Positions 49,917 to 62,000 of a stretch of DNA of 62,000 bases are shown here, one piece after another. Numbering within the stretch: position 1 is the first letter of the stretch; every line of letters begins with the position of its first letter. Under the pieces are notes generated by a model. That model saw only the letters and a program-made list of their open reading frames with translations, ran no database searches and was not told where the DNA came from. The position numbers and the translations under genes were made by a program. Origin of the DNA: Octopus vulgaris (Eukaryota); contig OX597815.1 in the NCBI GenBank assembly GCA_951406725.2, positions 35,670,001-35,732,000 on the forward strand, written 5' to 3'.

Positions 49917-50920
49917 GACGTCGCACAGTATACAATATCGTGAGGTTGTTGATTGGAGATTTCTGTCTACTGGGGGTTTTACTGTTTGTCAAGTCATAAC
50001 AAGGACCTCAGACAGACAGTACTTTACGCAATATGCGTGCAGTTCCAAGTAATGCTGACTTTTGCAATGCATCAAGATTGTAGGGTATTTCTAAGGGTTT
50101 CAGATATCTTTTCAGGCTGGGTGGTATTGAACCCAATGCTCCAATGACAATAGGGATAGACTTTATGTTTGACTCTCGTAGCTGCCACATCTTAGCGATC
50201 TCAATTCTCAGGTCTCCATATTTATCACCTTTTCTCTTTCTTTCAGGATGATATGTTGATCCCCTGGCACTGCCACGTTCATTATTAGGCACTCTTGTTT
50301 GTCTCTCCTAAAGGTTAATATATCCGATCCTCGGTGCTCTAACACCTTGTCTGTCTGGAAATCAAAGTCCCAGAGGATTTTTGCCTTCCCCTTTTCGTCC
50401 ATTACCTTTTTTGGTGTATGTTGGTACCAAGCACCCGTAACCTCATATCCATACTTACGGCATAGTAGCCAGTGGAGGTTTGGGGCTACCTTGTTGTGTC
50501 TATGCTTGTACTCTTTCTGCGTAAGACTTTCACAAGCACTAACAATGTGAGTCACGCTTTTGAACCGCTTCCCACATATTTTGCCGAGGATCGATGCACT
50601 CGTATGGTATATATTCTTTTTCACTGAGTTGGTATTCAATGCATGGTCCTGGACAGCGATGATTAAGCTTTCAGTATTCTTTTTTAGGTCACCCTTGTTG
50701 AGCCACTTCCATGATGCTTCCTGGTCTTTTAATTTGTTGGTTTCACGGTGGAACTGACCATGTAATTCCATACGGAGTAGAGTTTCTTCTTTCTCATTGG
50801 CTGTCCTTGATCGGAATTCATGAGCGCTTCCAAGTTCATTTTTGTTTACTCCTTCTGCACCAGCAGCATATTATATCCAGGCCATGCATAAGTTTTTTGG
50901 TACCGTTTACAGTTCTTCAT
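49916..50920 (-). mobile_element. R4/Dong-type 3' fragment (family 3)
   Basis: LHGQF..WLNKGDLKKNTESLIIAVQDHALNT..CG..VTHIVSAC..RHNKVA..ILWDF..DKYGDLRIEI..LQKSALLGTARILRKVL. Confidence 0.9.
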
Positions 50921-51098
50921 TATAACCTTGATGAAATAACCGAAATACAACTACTTCAACAAAAAATAACTTCCAAAATACAGAATTTTATCAACAACGC
51001 TTAGAGTAAAAGATGTTTTGTGACACATTCTACTAGTATACGAAGTTTGAAAGTGTTTATATATATATATATACATACATATATAAACGCACATGACC

Positions 51099-51171
<73 letters not shown>

Positions 51172-52019
51172 CGTGTGCACAAGCATGTGGCTGTGCAATA
51201 AGAAGTTTGCTCCTCAACCACATGGCTCCAGGTACCGTCCCACGGCGTGACACCTCGATCAGATGTCTTCTACTGTTGCAACGGTTAAACCAAAGCGCTG
51301 TGGGCGGATTTGGTAGGCGGAAATTGAAGGAAACCCATCATACAAATATATATATTTATATATATATCCCGAGGAAGGTCTTAGGGTTTCCGCAGCCACC
51401 TACCCTTCGTGCCCAAGTCAATATAGACTTGTACAGCTTACGGAAAAGAGCTGTCTCCATAAAAGCGTCACCAGGGTGGACCGTCTCTCCCCGCCTGCCT
51501 TCGCTACTGATGCATGCACGCGCACATACATACAAACATATATACATACTTGCATACATACATACATACATACATACATACATACATACCTGTAAAGGCA
51601 GATATACACACATATATACACACACATACATACATACGTGCATACATACAGACAAACCTTCGTATACACACACACACACATACACATATATATAGGCAAA
51701 AATATACACACATACACGCATACATACATGCATATATACACACATACACACATACATACTTACATACATACATACACATACATACACAAATACATACAAA
51801 CAGCCATACGTATATGCATGTATACATACACACATACATACATACATAATTCATACATACATACATACATACATACATACATACATACATACATACATAC
51901 ATACATACATACATACATGCATACATATCCAATCCATCACTGGAACTGTATTTGTGTTTGTACGTATGCAATTATGCATGTATATGTGTTTGTGTGTATG
52001 TATATTTTTTTAATTCTAT

Positions 52020-52270
52020 TATTTGTTTCAGTCATTTGACTGTGGCCATGCTGGAGCACTGCCTTTAGTCAAGCAAAACGACCCCCCAGGATTTATTCTT
52101 TGTAAGCCTAGTACTTATTCTATTGGTTTCTCTTGCCGAAACGCTAAGTGACGGGGACGTAAACACACCAGCATCGATTGTCAGGCGATGTTGAGGGGGG
52201 TGCAAACACAGACACACAAACATATGCATACACACACACACACGCACACACATACACACACACAAATACA

Positions 52271-52328
<58 letters not shown>

Positions 52329-52490
52329 CGACGAGCTTCTTTCAGTTTCCGTCTACCAAATCCACTCACAAGGCTTTGGTCGGTACAAGGCTATAGTAGA
52401 AGACACTTGCCCAAGGTGCTACGCAGTGGGACTGAACCCGGAACCATATGGTTGGTAAGGTAGCTACTTACCACACAGCCACGTGCCTAT
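52020..52490 (-). mobile_element. SINE family B
   Basis: Matches other family B copies. Confidence 0.85.
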
Positions 52491-52512
52491 ATATATAGAG
52501 AGATAGATAGAT

Positions 52513-52599
<87 letters not shown>

Positions 52600-53711
52600 C
52601 ACACACATATATATGTACATGTATATGTATATATATATATATATAAATTAAAAATACACACACACTCATGTATGCATGTATGTATGTATGTATGTATGTA
52701 TGTATGTATGTATGTATGTATGTGTGTATGTATGTATGTATGTATGTATGTAAAACTTTCCAGAAGTTTATCATTTACGTATATGAGCATGTCTAGACAT
52801 ACAGCTATATGCATGAGAATACATATATAAAGCAAAATATACAAATCTGCTCACACACACACACACATACATACATACATACATACATACATACATACAT
52901 ACATACATACATACATACATACAATCATACATACATACAATCATACATACATACATACATACATACATACATACATACATACATACATACATACATACAT
53001 ACATACATACATACATACATACATACCCTGTTGTTGATATCGAAATGTCAATGAAAGAGCCTTGAATCTAGGTTAGAAGTCGGCTCCTTTTCTATTCGCA
53101 AGAAATCTTGAAATATAACTGAATAATGACATACGTAACATAACATAACACGAACAATTTTATTGATTTCGGACGACAGCTCTCTAACAATCAGGCAAAA
53201 GTTCAGAGTATACAGTGCGTGAATCTTACGTCATCAATTATTCGACAAATAACAAAAATCTTTTCTAAGCAGATGAACAAACATCCGTGAGAAGTTTTTA
53301 AACCGCAAATACTTAATACACAGTAGTAGATAAAAAGGTGCAGTAATTTTTCTGTGAAAATTACGACATAATTATTTTCACTGCTTTTATATTGTAGAAG
53401 TGGGAAAATCTTAACATGAAGGCTAGAATTTCCACGCGCACTCGAATGTATGTATGTATGTATGTATGTATGTATGTATGTATGTATGTATGTATGTATG
53501 TATGTATGTATGTATGTATGTATGTATGTATGTATGTATGTATGTATGTATGTATAAATGTATGTATGTATGTATGTATGTATGTATGTATGTATGTATG
53601 TATGTATGTATGTGTGTGTATGTATGTGTGTATATATATGTTTTTATGTATTAATGTATATGTTTGTACGCACGTATATATCTGTCAGTATATATCTATG
53701 TCTGTCATATA

Positions 53712-53773
<62 letters not shown>

Positions 53774-53870
53774 ATCCAAACATGAAAACACAAAGGGAAA
53801 ACACAACAACGCGAGGACGTGGAACAAATATAGTGTTATGGGACGCGTAGGAAAGGAAAGAAAGAAAGAG

Positions 53871-53906
53871 GATTTAACGTTTCGAGCGGATCTCTTCGTC
53901 AGAAAC
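53871..53906 (-). ncRNA. Minimal type I hammerhead (one helix II mismatch)
   Basis: Reverse complement of the 34132-34167 motif with GAGA-TCC-GCTC. Confidence 0.6.
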
Positions 53907-54017
53907 GCAGAAAAAGGAAAAGTCCAGGGGAAATCGCCAACGATACACACGCGGTCACACATATATATATATATATATAAATATATAAATGTATATATAT
54001 ATATATATATGAATATA

Positions 54018-54099
<82 letters not shown>

Positions 54100-54263
54100 C
54101 ATGTATTTGTGTTTATATGTACGTATGCATTTATGTATGTATCTATGTGTTTGTGTGTGTCTATGTATATATACACACACACACATATACATATATACAT
54201 ATTAAATACACAGACACAGGCACACACACATATTTGGAGATTCTACGATCGACGCGTGTCGTA

Positions 54264-54310
<47 letters not shown>

Positions 54311-54327
54311 TATGTATGTATGTATAC

Positions 54328-54380
<53 letters not shown>

Positions 54381-54381
54381 T

Positions 54382-54496
<115 letters not shown>

Positions 54497-54946
54497 TAGG
54501 GTGGGCGAAAAGTCACGCACTAAAACATTTGATATTTAATTTCTATTGCGTTATTGTTAGTGACACTTTCTCTGTCCTCACGTTGAGTTCAAATCCCGCC
54601 TTGACCGACTTTGCCTTTCATCCTCTCAGGGCAAATAAAATAAGTATATATGTATGTATACTTTATTAAAATGCATGTATGTACGTATGAATATATGTAT
54701 GTATGTATGTATGACTGTATGTATGTATGTATGCATGCATGCATGTATGTATGTATGTATGTATGTATGTACGTATGTATGTATGTATGTATGTATGTAT
54801 GTATGTATGTATGTATGTATGTATGTATGTATGTATGTATGTATGTATGTATGTATGTATGTGTATATATATATGTTTTTATGTATATGTGTATATGTTT
54901 GTACGCACGTATATATCTGTCAGTATATGTCTATGTCCGTCATATA

Positions 54947-54986
<40 letters not shown>

Positions 54987-55083
54987 ATCCAAACATGAAA
55001 ACACAAAGGGAAAACACAACAACGCGAGGACGTGGAACAAATATAGTGTTATGGGACGCACAGGAAAGGAAAGAATGAAGGAG

Positions 55084-55119
55084 GATTTAACGTTTCGAGC
55101 GGAGCTCTTCGTCAGAAAC
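55084..55119 (-). ncRNA. Minimal type I hammerhead
   Basis: Identical to the 34132-34167 motif on the minus strand. Confidence 0.7.
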
Positions 55120-55168
55120 ATAGAAAAAGGAAAAGTCCAGGGGAAATCGCCAACGATACACACGCGGT

Positions 55169-55310
<142 letters not shown>

Positions 55311-55472
55311 CATTGATTTGTGTTTATATGTACGTATGCATTTATGTATGTATTTATGTGTTTGTGTGTCTATGTATATATACACACACACACACATACA
55401 TATATACATATTAAATACACAGACACAGGCACACACACATATTTGGAGATTCTACGATCGACGCGTGTTGTA

Positions 55473-55545
<73 letters not shown>

Positions 55546-55602
55546 TATGTATGTATACATATATATATATATATAAATATATATATAAAAAAAAATATAT
55601 AT

Positions 55603-55689
<87 letters not shown>

Positions 55690-56026
55690 TAGGGTGGGCG
55701 AAAAGTCACGCACTAAAACATTTGATATTTCATTTCTATTGCATTATTGTTAGTGACACTTTCTCTGTCCTCACGTTGAGTTCAAATCCCGCCTTGACCG
55801 ACTTTGCCTTTCATCCTCTCAGGGCAAATAAAATAAGTATCAGTCAAGCTCTTGTGCCCATAGTAGAAAGAACTATTATTCTCCATCTCGTTCATTATAT
55901 ACAAGTATGTGTGACTTCATCTTTATTTTATTTATCTTATTCAATTTTAGGAAAATTGAAGCACGATTTTAACAATTCCGGAGTGTATTGAAATTATTTT
56001 GTGCGTGATCTTTTACCAAGCCTGTA

Positions 56027-56375
<349 letters not shown>

Positions 56376-56379
56376 CGAA

Positions 56380-57560
56380 CTATGTAAAGGTATAGTTACT
56401 TTGTGGTTAATACCTTGGACCAATCTATAACGGACTTGCTATTGCCCTTTATCCGTAAATCTAATTCCCTATCTAACTTGTTTAGAATAGAATCTAAGAT
56501 ACTCTTACTAATAATTCCAATTTCCAGCTTTGCTGGGTGAATTAGTCTGCATTTGTGGTTTCTACTAAAATTGGCTTTGTGGTCCATTAGGGTAATAAAG
56601 GGCAGACGTAGGGGAAAGTATTCGATCCTATCACTAACTTTAAGGTTGGTAGCGATTTCGATATTCATCTCTTTATATCAGTTAGTACATACATACATAT
56701 ATACATACATACATACATACATACATACATACATACATACATACATACATACATACATACAAACATACATACAAACATACATGCATGCATGCATACATAC
56801 ATACAAACATACATACAAACATGCATACATACATACATACGTACAAACATACAAACATACATACAAACATACATGCATACATACATACATACATACATAC
56901 ATACATACATACATACATACGTACGTACGTACGTACATACATACATACATACATACATACGTACATACGTACATACAAACATACATACATACATACATAC
57001 ATGCATGCATACATACATACATACATACATACATACATACATACATACATACATACATACATACGTACATACGTACATACAAACATACATACATACATAC
57101 ATACATGCATGCATACATACATACATACATACATACATACATACATACGTCCGTACGTACGTACATACATACATACATACATACATACATACAAACATAC
57201 ATACATACATACATACATACATACATACATACATACATACATACATACGTACGTACGTACATACATACATACATACATACATACATACATACATACATAC
57301 ATACATACATACATACATACATACATACATACATACATACATACATACATACATACATACATACATACATACATACATACATACATACATACATACATAC
57401 ATACATACATACATACATACATACATACATACATACGTACATACATACATAAGTTAGTATTTGCTTTTTTATAAGTGTCTGTAATGTTAGAAAGTAGTCG
57501 TTTGTAAAGATTTTTTTCTACAGCATGGAGGTCTTTTGTTTTGTGGGGCTTCACGAAAAT
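56380..57560 (-). mobile_element. Penelope-like element RT fragment split by about 770 bp of (CATA)n
   Basis: YKRLLSNITDTYKKANTN [microsatellite] DRIEYFPLRLPFITLMDHKANFSRNHKCRLIHPAKLEIGIISKSILD..SVIDW resembles the PLE RT N-terminal region. Confidence 0.8.
56686..57450. repeat. (CATA)n/(CGTA)n microsatellite
   Basis: Direct reading. Confidence 0.95.
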
Positions 57561-57579
57561 CTTATTCCGTCAAGATAGA

Positions 57580-57606
57580 CTGTGTGTGTTTGTGTGTGTG
57601 TGTTTT

Positions 57607-57655
<49 letters not shown>

Positions 57656-57668
57656 TTGTGTGTGTGTT

Positions 57669-57725
<57 letters not shown>

Positions 57726-57737
57726 GTTTGTGTGTTT

Positions 57738-57771
<34 letters not shown>

Positions 57772-57838
57772 TTGTTTGTGTGTGTGTGTTTGCGTGCGTG
57801 TATGTTTGTTTGTGTGTGTGTGTTTGTGTGTGTGTGTT

Positions 57839-57898
<60 letters not shown>

Positions 57899-57910
57899 TG
57901 TGTGTGCGCG

Positions 57911-57970
<60 letters not shown>

Positions 57971-57980
57971 TGTGTGTGCG
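57580..57980. repeat. Interrupted (TG)n microsatellite
   Basis: Direct reading. Confidence 0.95.
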
Positions 57981-58403
57981 TAACGACAAAGATTTAAATA
58001 TAAATGTCATAATGCAGAGGAGAAATGATTAAGAAACAATATTTGATTGATTATTAATATGGCCTTTTATTAAGATTGATCGTAATATAAGTCGTTACAA
58101 CATAAAATTAACGACGTCGTCGCGTCATTGTGTGTGCTCAAGTTATTTGTTTGTTGCAGTGATGTATTTTCTGTAGCTTCTCTGCGACTACCGCGCAGAA
58201 AGACAAACGAATAACTGTTTTTATAATTAGAGACACTGATAATTCTATTATCATGCATCACTCTTTGATTAGAGACCGGCCGTTGCCCTTGGTTTGGCGT
58301 CGCATTTACTAAAGAAAAAGACTGCCATAGGTTTTTGTTTTTAGAATGTTGCTAATTAAAATAGGTCAAGCTAAAAACAATAGATTTAAGATTTGCTTGA
58401 CTC

Positions 58404-58444
<41 letters not shown>

Positions 58445-58451
<7 letters not shown>

Positions 58452-58855
58452 TCTTTTACTTGTTTCAGTCATTTGACTGCGGCCATGCTGGAGCACCGCC
58501 TTTAATCGAGAAACTCGACCCCGGGACTTATTCTTTTGAAAGCCCAGTACTTATTCTATCGGTCTCTTTTGCCGAACCGCTAAGTAACGGGGACATAAAC
58601 ACACCAGCATCGGTTGTCAAGCAATGCTAGGGGGACAAACACAGACACACAAACACACACACGCATATATATATATATACATATATACGACGGGCTTCTT
58701 TCAGTTTCCGTTTACCAAATCCACTCACAAGGCTTTGGTCGGCCCGAGGCTATAGTAGAAGACACTTGCTCAAGGTGCCACGCAGTGGGACTGAACCCGG
58801 AACCATGTGGTTGGTAAACAAGCTACTTACCACACAACCACTCCTGCGCCTATAC
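58445..58855 (-). mobile_element. SINE family B, full length
   Basis: Matches other family B copies. Confidence 0.9.
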
Positions 58856-60515
58856 ATACATACATACATAAGTTAGTATTTGCTTTTTTATAAGTGTCTG
58901 TAATATTAGAAAGAAGTCGTTTGTAAAGAGCTGGTCATAAAGAGAAGTCGTTTGTAATGCTGGTCATAAATAAAGTGAGAAGACTCTTTAGTTTAAGTCA
59001 AGACAGCTGTGAGTTTGCAAATATATGAGTTAGTATGTACATACATGAAGGTTCATATGCGGATATCACATCATCTGTGTCCAAACACTTGCGCCCTATC
59101 GTCTCAGTCTGCACAACAACTAAACCGGGATGGTGCTACGTCTACATCGCATCCCAAAAAAGGACCACTCGAATGAATGGAATGAAGTCGTTCATCAACA
59201 CACACCAGTCTTTAACCTTCACACGTACTGGTCTCCATGTTATGCTTTTTCTATCATTATTACAATAGTAATCTTGAAATCTCTCAATGCACATATTTTC
59301 CCCCTTGCAGCTGTCTACTTTTAACTGTCGTTGAAGACTATAGGAACAGTCGCTTTCCAGCCGCCACAAAAACAGCATACGGCTATGCCTGTATTTGACA
59401 AGCTCTTATATAACCAACCAAGAAGTCAACGTCTGTTTGTTGTCATTCACTGTTGTGTATCTGCAACCGAAATTCTTGATTCGCACACAGCCCTGCAAAC
59501 TAGAGCTACAGGTTAGAAACGAATCGCCTCTCGAAATATTGGAAGCACTGTGATTTAATTGGTAGCTTTCTGTTAAGTTTAATTTATCTTGTTATAACCA
59601 AAAGACAAGAATCTTGAACATCCAGGGACTTATGAAACCATCCACACAAACACACACGCACATAATTATACTTTGTCTAATTTTATTGTAAATTTAGCAA
59701 AGTTTTGCGAAAAATAACTTCATTACGTAACATAGATTTAACCAGCTCCGGGGCGATGGAAGACAAAGCTCAACATTCATGCAGGATTTAAAAATCAGTG
59801 TATGGATAAATAAACTAAATTGCTAAGGCACTGAACTGCTGACTTATTGATTACGAGTACAATCCCTCGGTAGATATTGCCTGCAAGACAATTCTACATT
59901 GAATCAGCTCACTTTGCTGTTACCCGGTATTTCTTGGTAAATAACGAACGAGTGAGTAAGATTAGAGTGTTAATCGCCGAGGAATTTGTTGATTGTTTGC
60001 TTGATGTTTAGGAGACCGGATGTAGATATCAGCCCTATTGGCTTGTGGTCGAGTTACTCGCATTGACAAACCGATCTTTCCCATTATATGTAATTAACTC
60101 TTTAGCTTACCCTATCAAATTTAATAATGCTTTTTTATTTACATTGTTTTGATTTAATCCTGCATTTATCTCACAGCTTCGAGATTTTAATGATGTAATT
60201 GTTTTTATTTTTAGAACGACACTGTAGGTAGGTGTGAGAGGCCTGATCTGGTCGGTTTGAACATAAAAGGCTGAATCTGACCAGTTAAAATGCTAGAGGT
60301 ATAAAAGTACTCAGAATCAAATATTTTTGACCATGGGAAAACAACACAACAGAAGTGGAGATATTCGAGCCATTCATTTGACGTTTCGACAAATTAGTCC
60401 GCAACTTTATCGATTCGGCCAACAAATTTCAGTTCTCATAAAAATCCAGTTAATCTGCATGACTGCATTGCATCGAGAATCAAAATCACGAAATTTTCTT
60501 AAGTAGTGTAGTGAT

Positions 60516-60853
60516 ATTCTTTTCTACTCTAGGAACAAGGCCCGAAATTTTGGGGGAGGGGGCCAGTCGATTAGATCGACTCCAGTACACAACTGGTACT
60601 TCATTTATCGACCCCGAAAGGATGAAAGGCAAAAGAGCGTAAAGACAGACGAAATGCCGCTAAGCATTTCACCCGGCGTGCTAACGATTCTGACTGCTCG
60701 CCGCCTTAAAAAATGTGTATATTTTTTTCTACTCTATGCCTGAAATTTGTGGGGAGGCGGCCAGTCGATTAGATCGACTCCAGTACACAACTGGTACTTA
60801 ATTTATCGACCCCGAAAGGATGAAAGGCAAAAGTCGACCTCGGCGGTATTTGA
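60516..60853 (-). mobile_element. SINE A-related dimer with 15-bp TSD
   Basis: AAGTAGTGTAGTGAT at 60501-60515 and 60854-60868. Confidence 0.75.
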
Positions 60854-61465
60854 AAGTAGTGTAGTGATGTCTTAAGTATGTAGTGGATGTAGCGATGGAG
60901 ATAGTAGTGGTATTGGAAGTGGTTGTGATGGTGGTGGTAGTGGTAGTTATAGTAGTAGTGGTGGAAGATGTAGTTGTAGTAGTGATTGTTGATTTTGTGT
61001 AAACCAGGGCAGACCTGATTGATAACACCTATAATCAAAGGCATTCCAGCTACATGAAATGATTATATGCACCAAGTGAGTAGCATAAACACAAAATAGT
61101 ATTAATTGAAATGACCCCTTATTTTAAGTTCTATTATCCATCTTGTAGGTAGTTAAGTTCTTCCTTTGTTGACTTCTAGAAGGACGGATGCAAGAAAGAA
61201 ATATAAAGAGTAAAATAATTTGAACAAGTAGAGAGGCTGAAAGTTGTGTAGTCGCACGCTGACAAGTCATACATGAAGTGAGAAAAATAGAGATGTGGTC
61301 TTTTTGGTCAGGGGCCAAGTGAAGGAGGTAAGAACCGAATTTGGGTTCCTTACTTATATTTTCTAACGAAATTAGGTCAGGCTAAATAAAGGATTTGGAT
61401 CTTTACCTTTTGACCTACAGATTTAAATAATAATTTTTTGTAACTAAACACCTTCAAACTCCGTA

Positions 61466-62000
61466 TAGTGGTAGAATGTGTCATATAAAACACCATTACC
61501 TCTTAGCGTTTTTGAGAAAAGTTTATGTTTACAAAGTTATTTCGTGTTGAAATTCTCGTATTTCGCTAATTTCAACCAATCAATGACGTGTATTCAGCTG
61601 AATAAAATTACTACCGTTGTTTGTCAACAACAACTATCGGCGGCGTATTTTTCATTTGTCACTGTTATTTATGACATTGTTCGTGCGTTTGTACTGGTTT
61701 TAGCTTTAAGGTTTTAGGATTAGGGTTAGGGTTTTAGGGTTAGGGTTAGGTTTTTAGAGTTAGGGTTAAGGTTTTAGGGTTAGGGTTTGGGTTTTAGAGT
61801 TAGGGTTGTAATAAATAACAGTGACAAACGAAATATGCACCGCCGGAAGTTCTTGTTGACAAACAACAGCAGTAATTTTATTCAGCTGAATACACGTCAT
61901 TGATTGGTTGAAATTACCGAAATACGAGAACTTCAACACGAAATAATTTTGTAAACATAAACCTTTCTCAAAAACACTAAGAGTAAATGGTATTTTTATA
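61466..62000. mobile_element. Fold-back MITE with long inverted arms and TTAGGG-like core; right end beyond the window
   Basis: About 61484-61675 is approximately the reverse complement of 61809-62000; degenerate TTAGGG repeats at about 61706-61808. Confidence 0.8.

Noticed and set aside
59030-59520. Unique-looking sequence with 60-78-aa ORFs
   Set aside because: No homology recognised and no consistent exon structure
61706-61808. True telomere or chromosome end
   Set aside because: Repeats are degenerate, short and enclosed by inverted arms of a MITE

Overview
AT-rich, microsatellite-saturated animal genomic DNA. The SINE families and (TA)n/(CATA)n/(TAGA)n density look like an Octopus (coleoid cephalopod) genome; this is an inference. 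Nearly all supplied ORFs are microsatellite or SINE artefacts. Real coding content: one compact host gene (22307-22933), a CR1/L2-group LINE with an open ORF2 (15676-~18900, minus), and fragments of Helitron, HERO-like, R4/Dong, Tx1/L1, RTE, Penelope and mariner elements. Two signals stand out. (1) Several families of (TA)n-embedded non-coding repeats carry type I hammerhead ribozyme folds with palindromic helix III. They include a 359-bp tandem-plus-inverted array (29071-30349) and a 587-bp-period repeat (6936-7927), i.e. candidate retrozymes/circRNA templates, with a Penelope RT remnant in the same window. (2) The host gene encodes two PKI-like PKA pseudosubstrate repeats (RRNAL), a real RRxS site and a PKI-spaced NES, downstream of a perfect CRE and TATA/Inr: a candidate cAMP negative-feedback gene. 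All folds and motifs were read by eye; none is experimentally or computationally verified.
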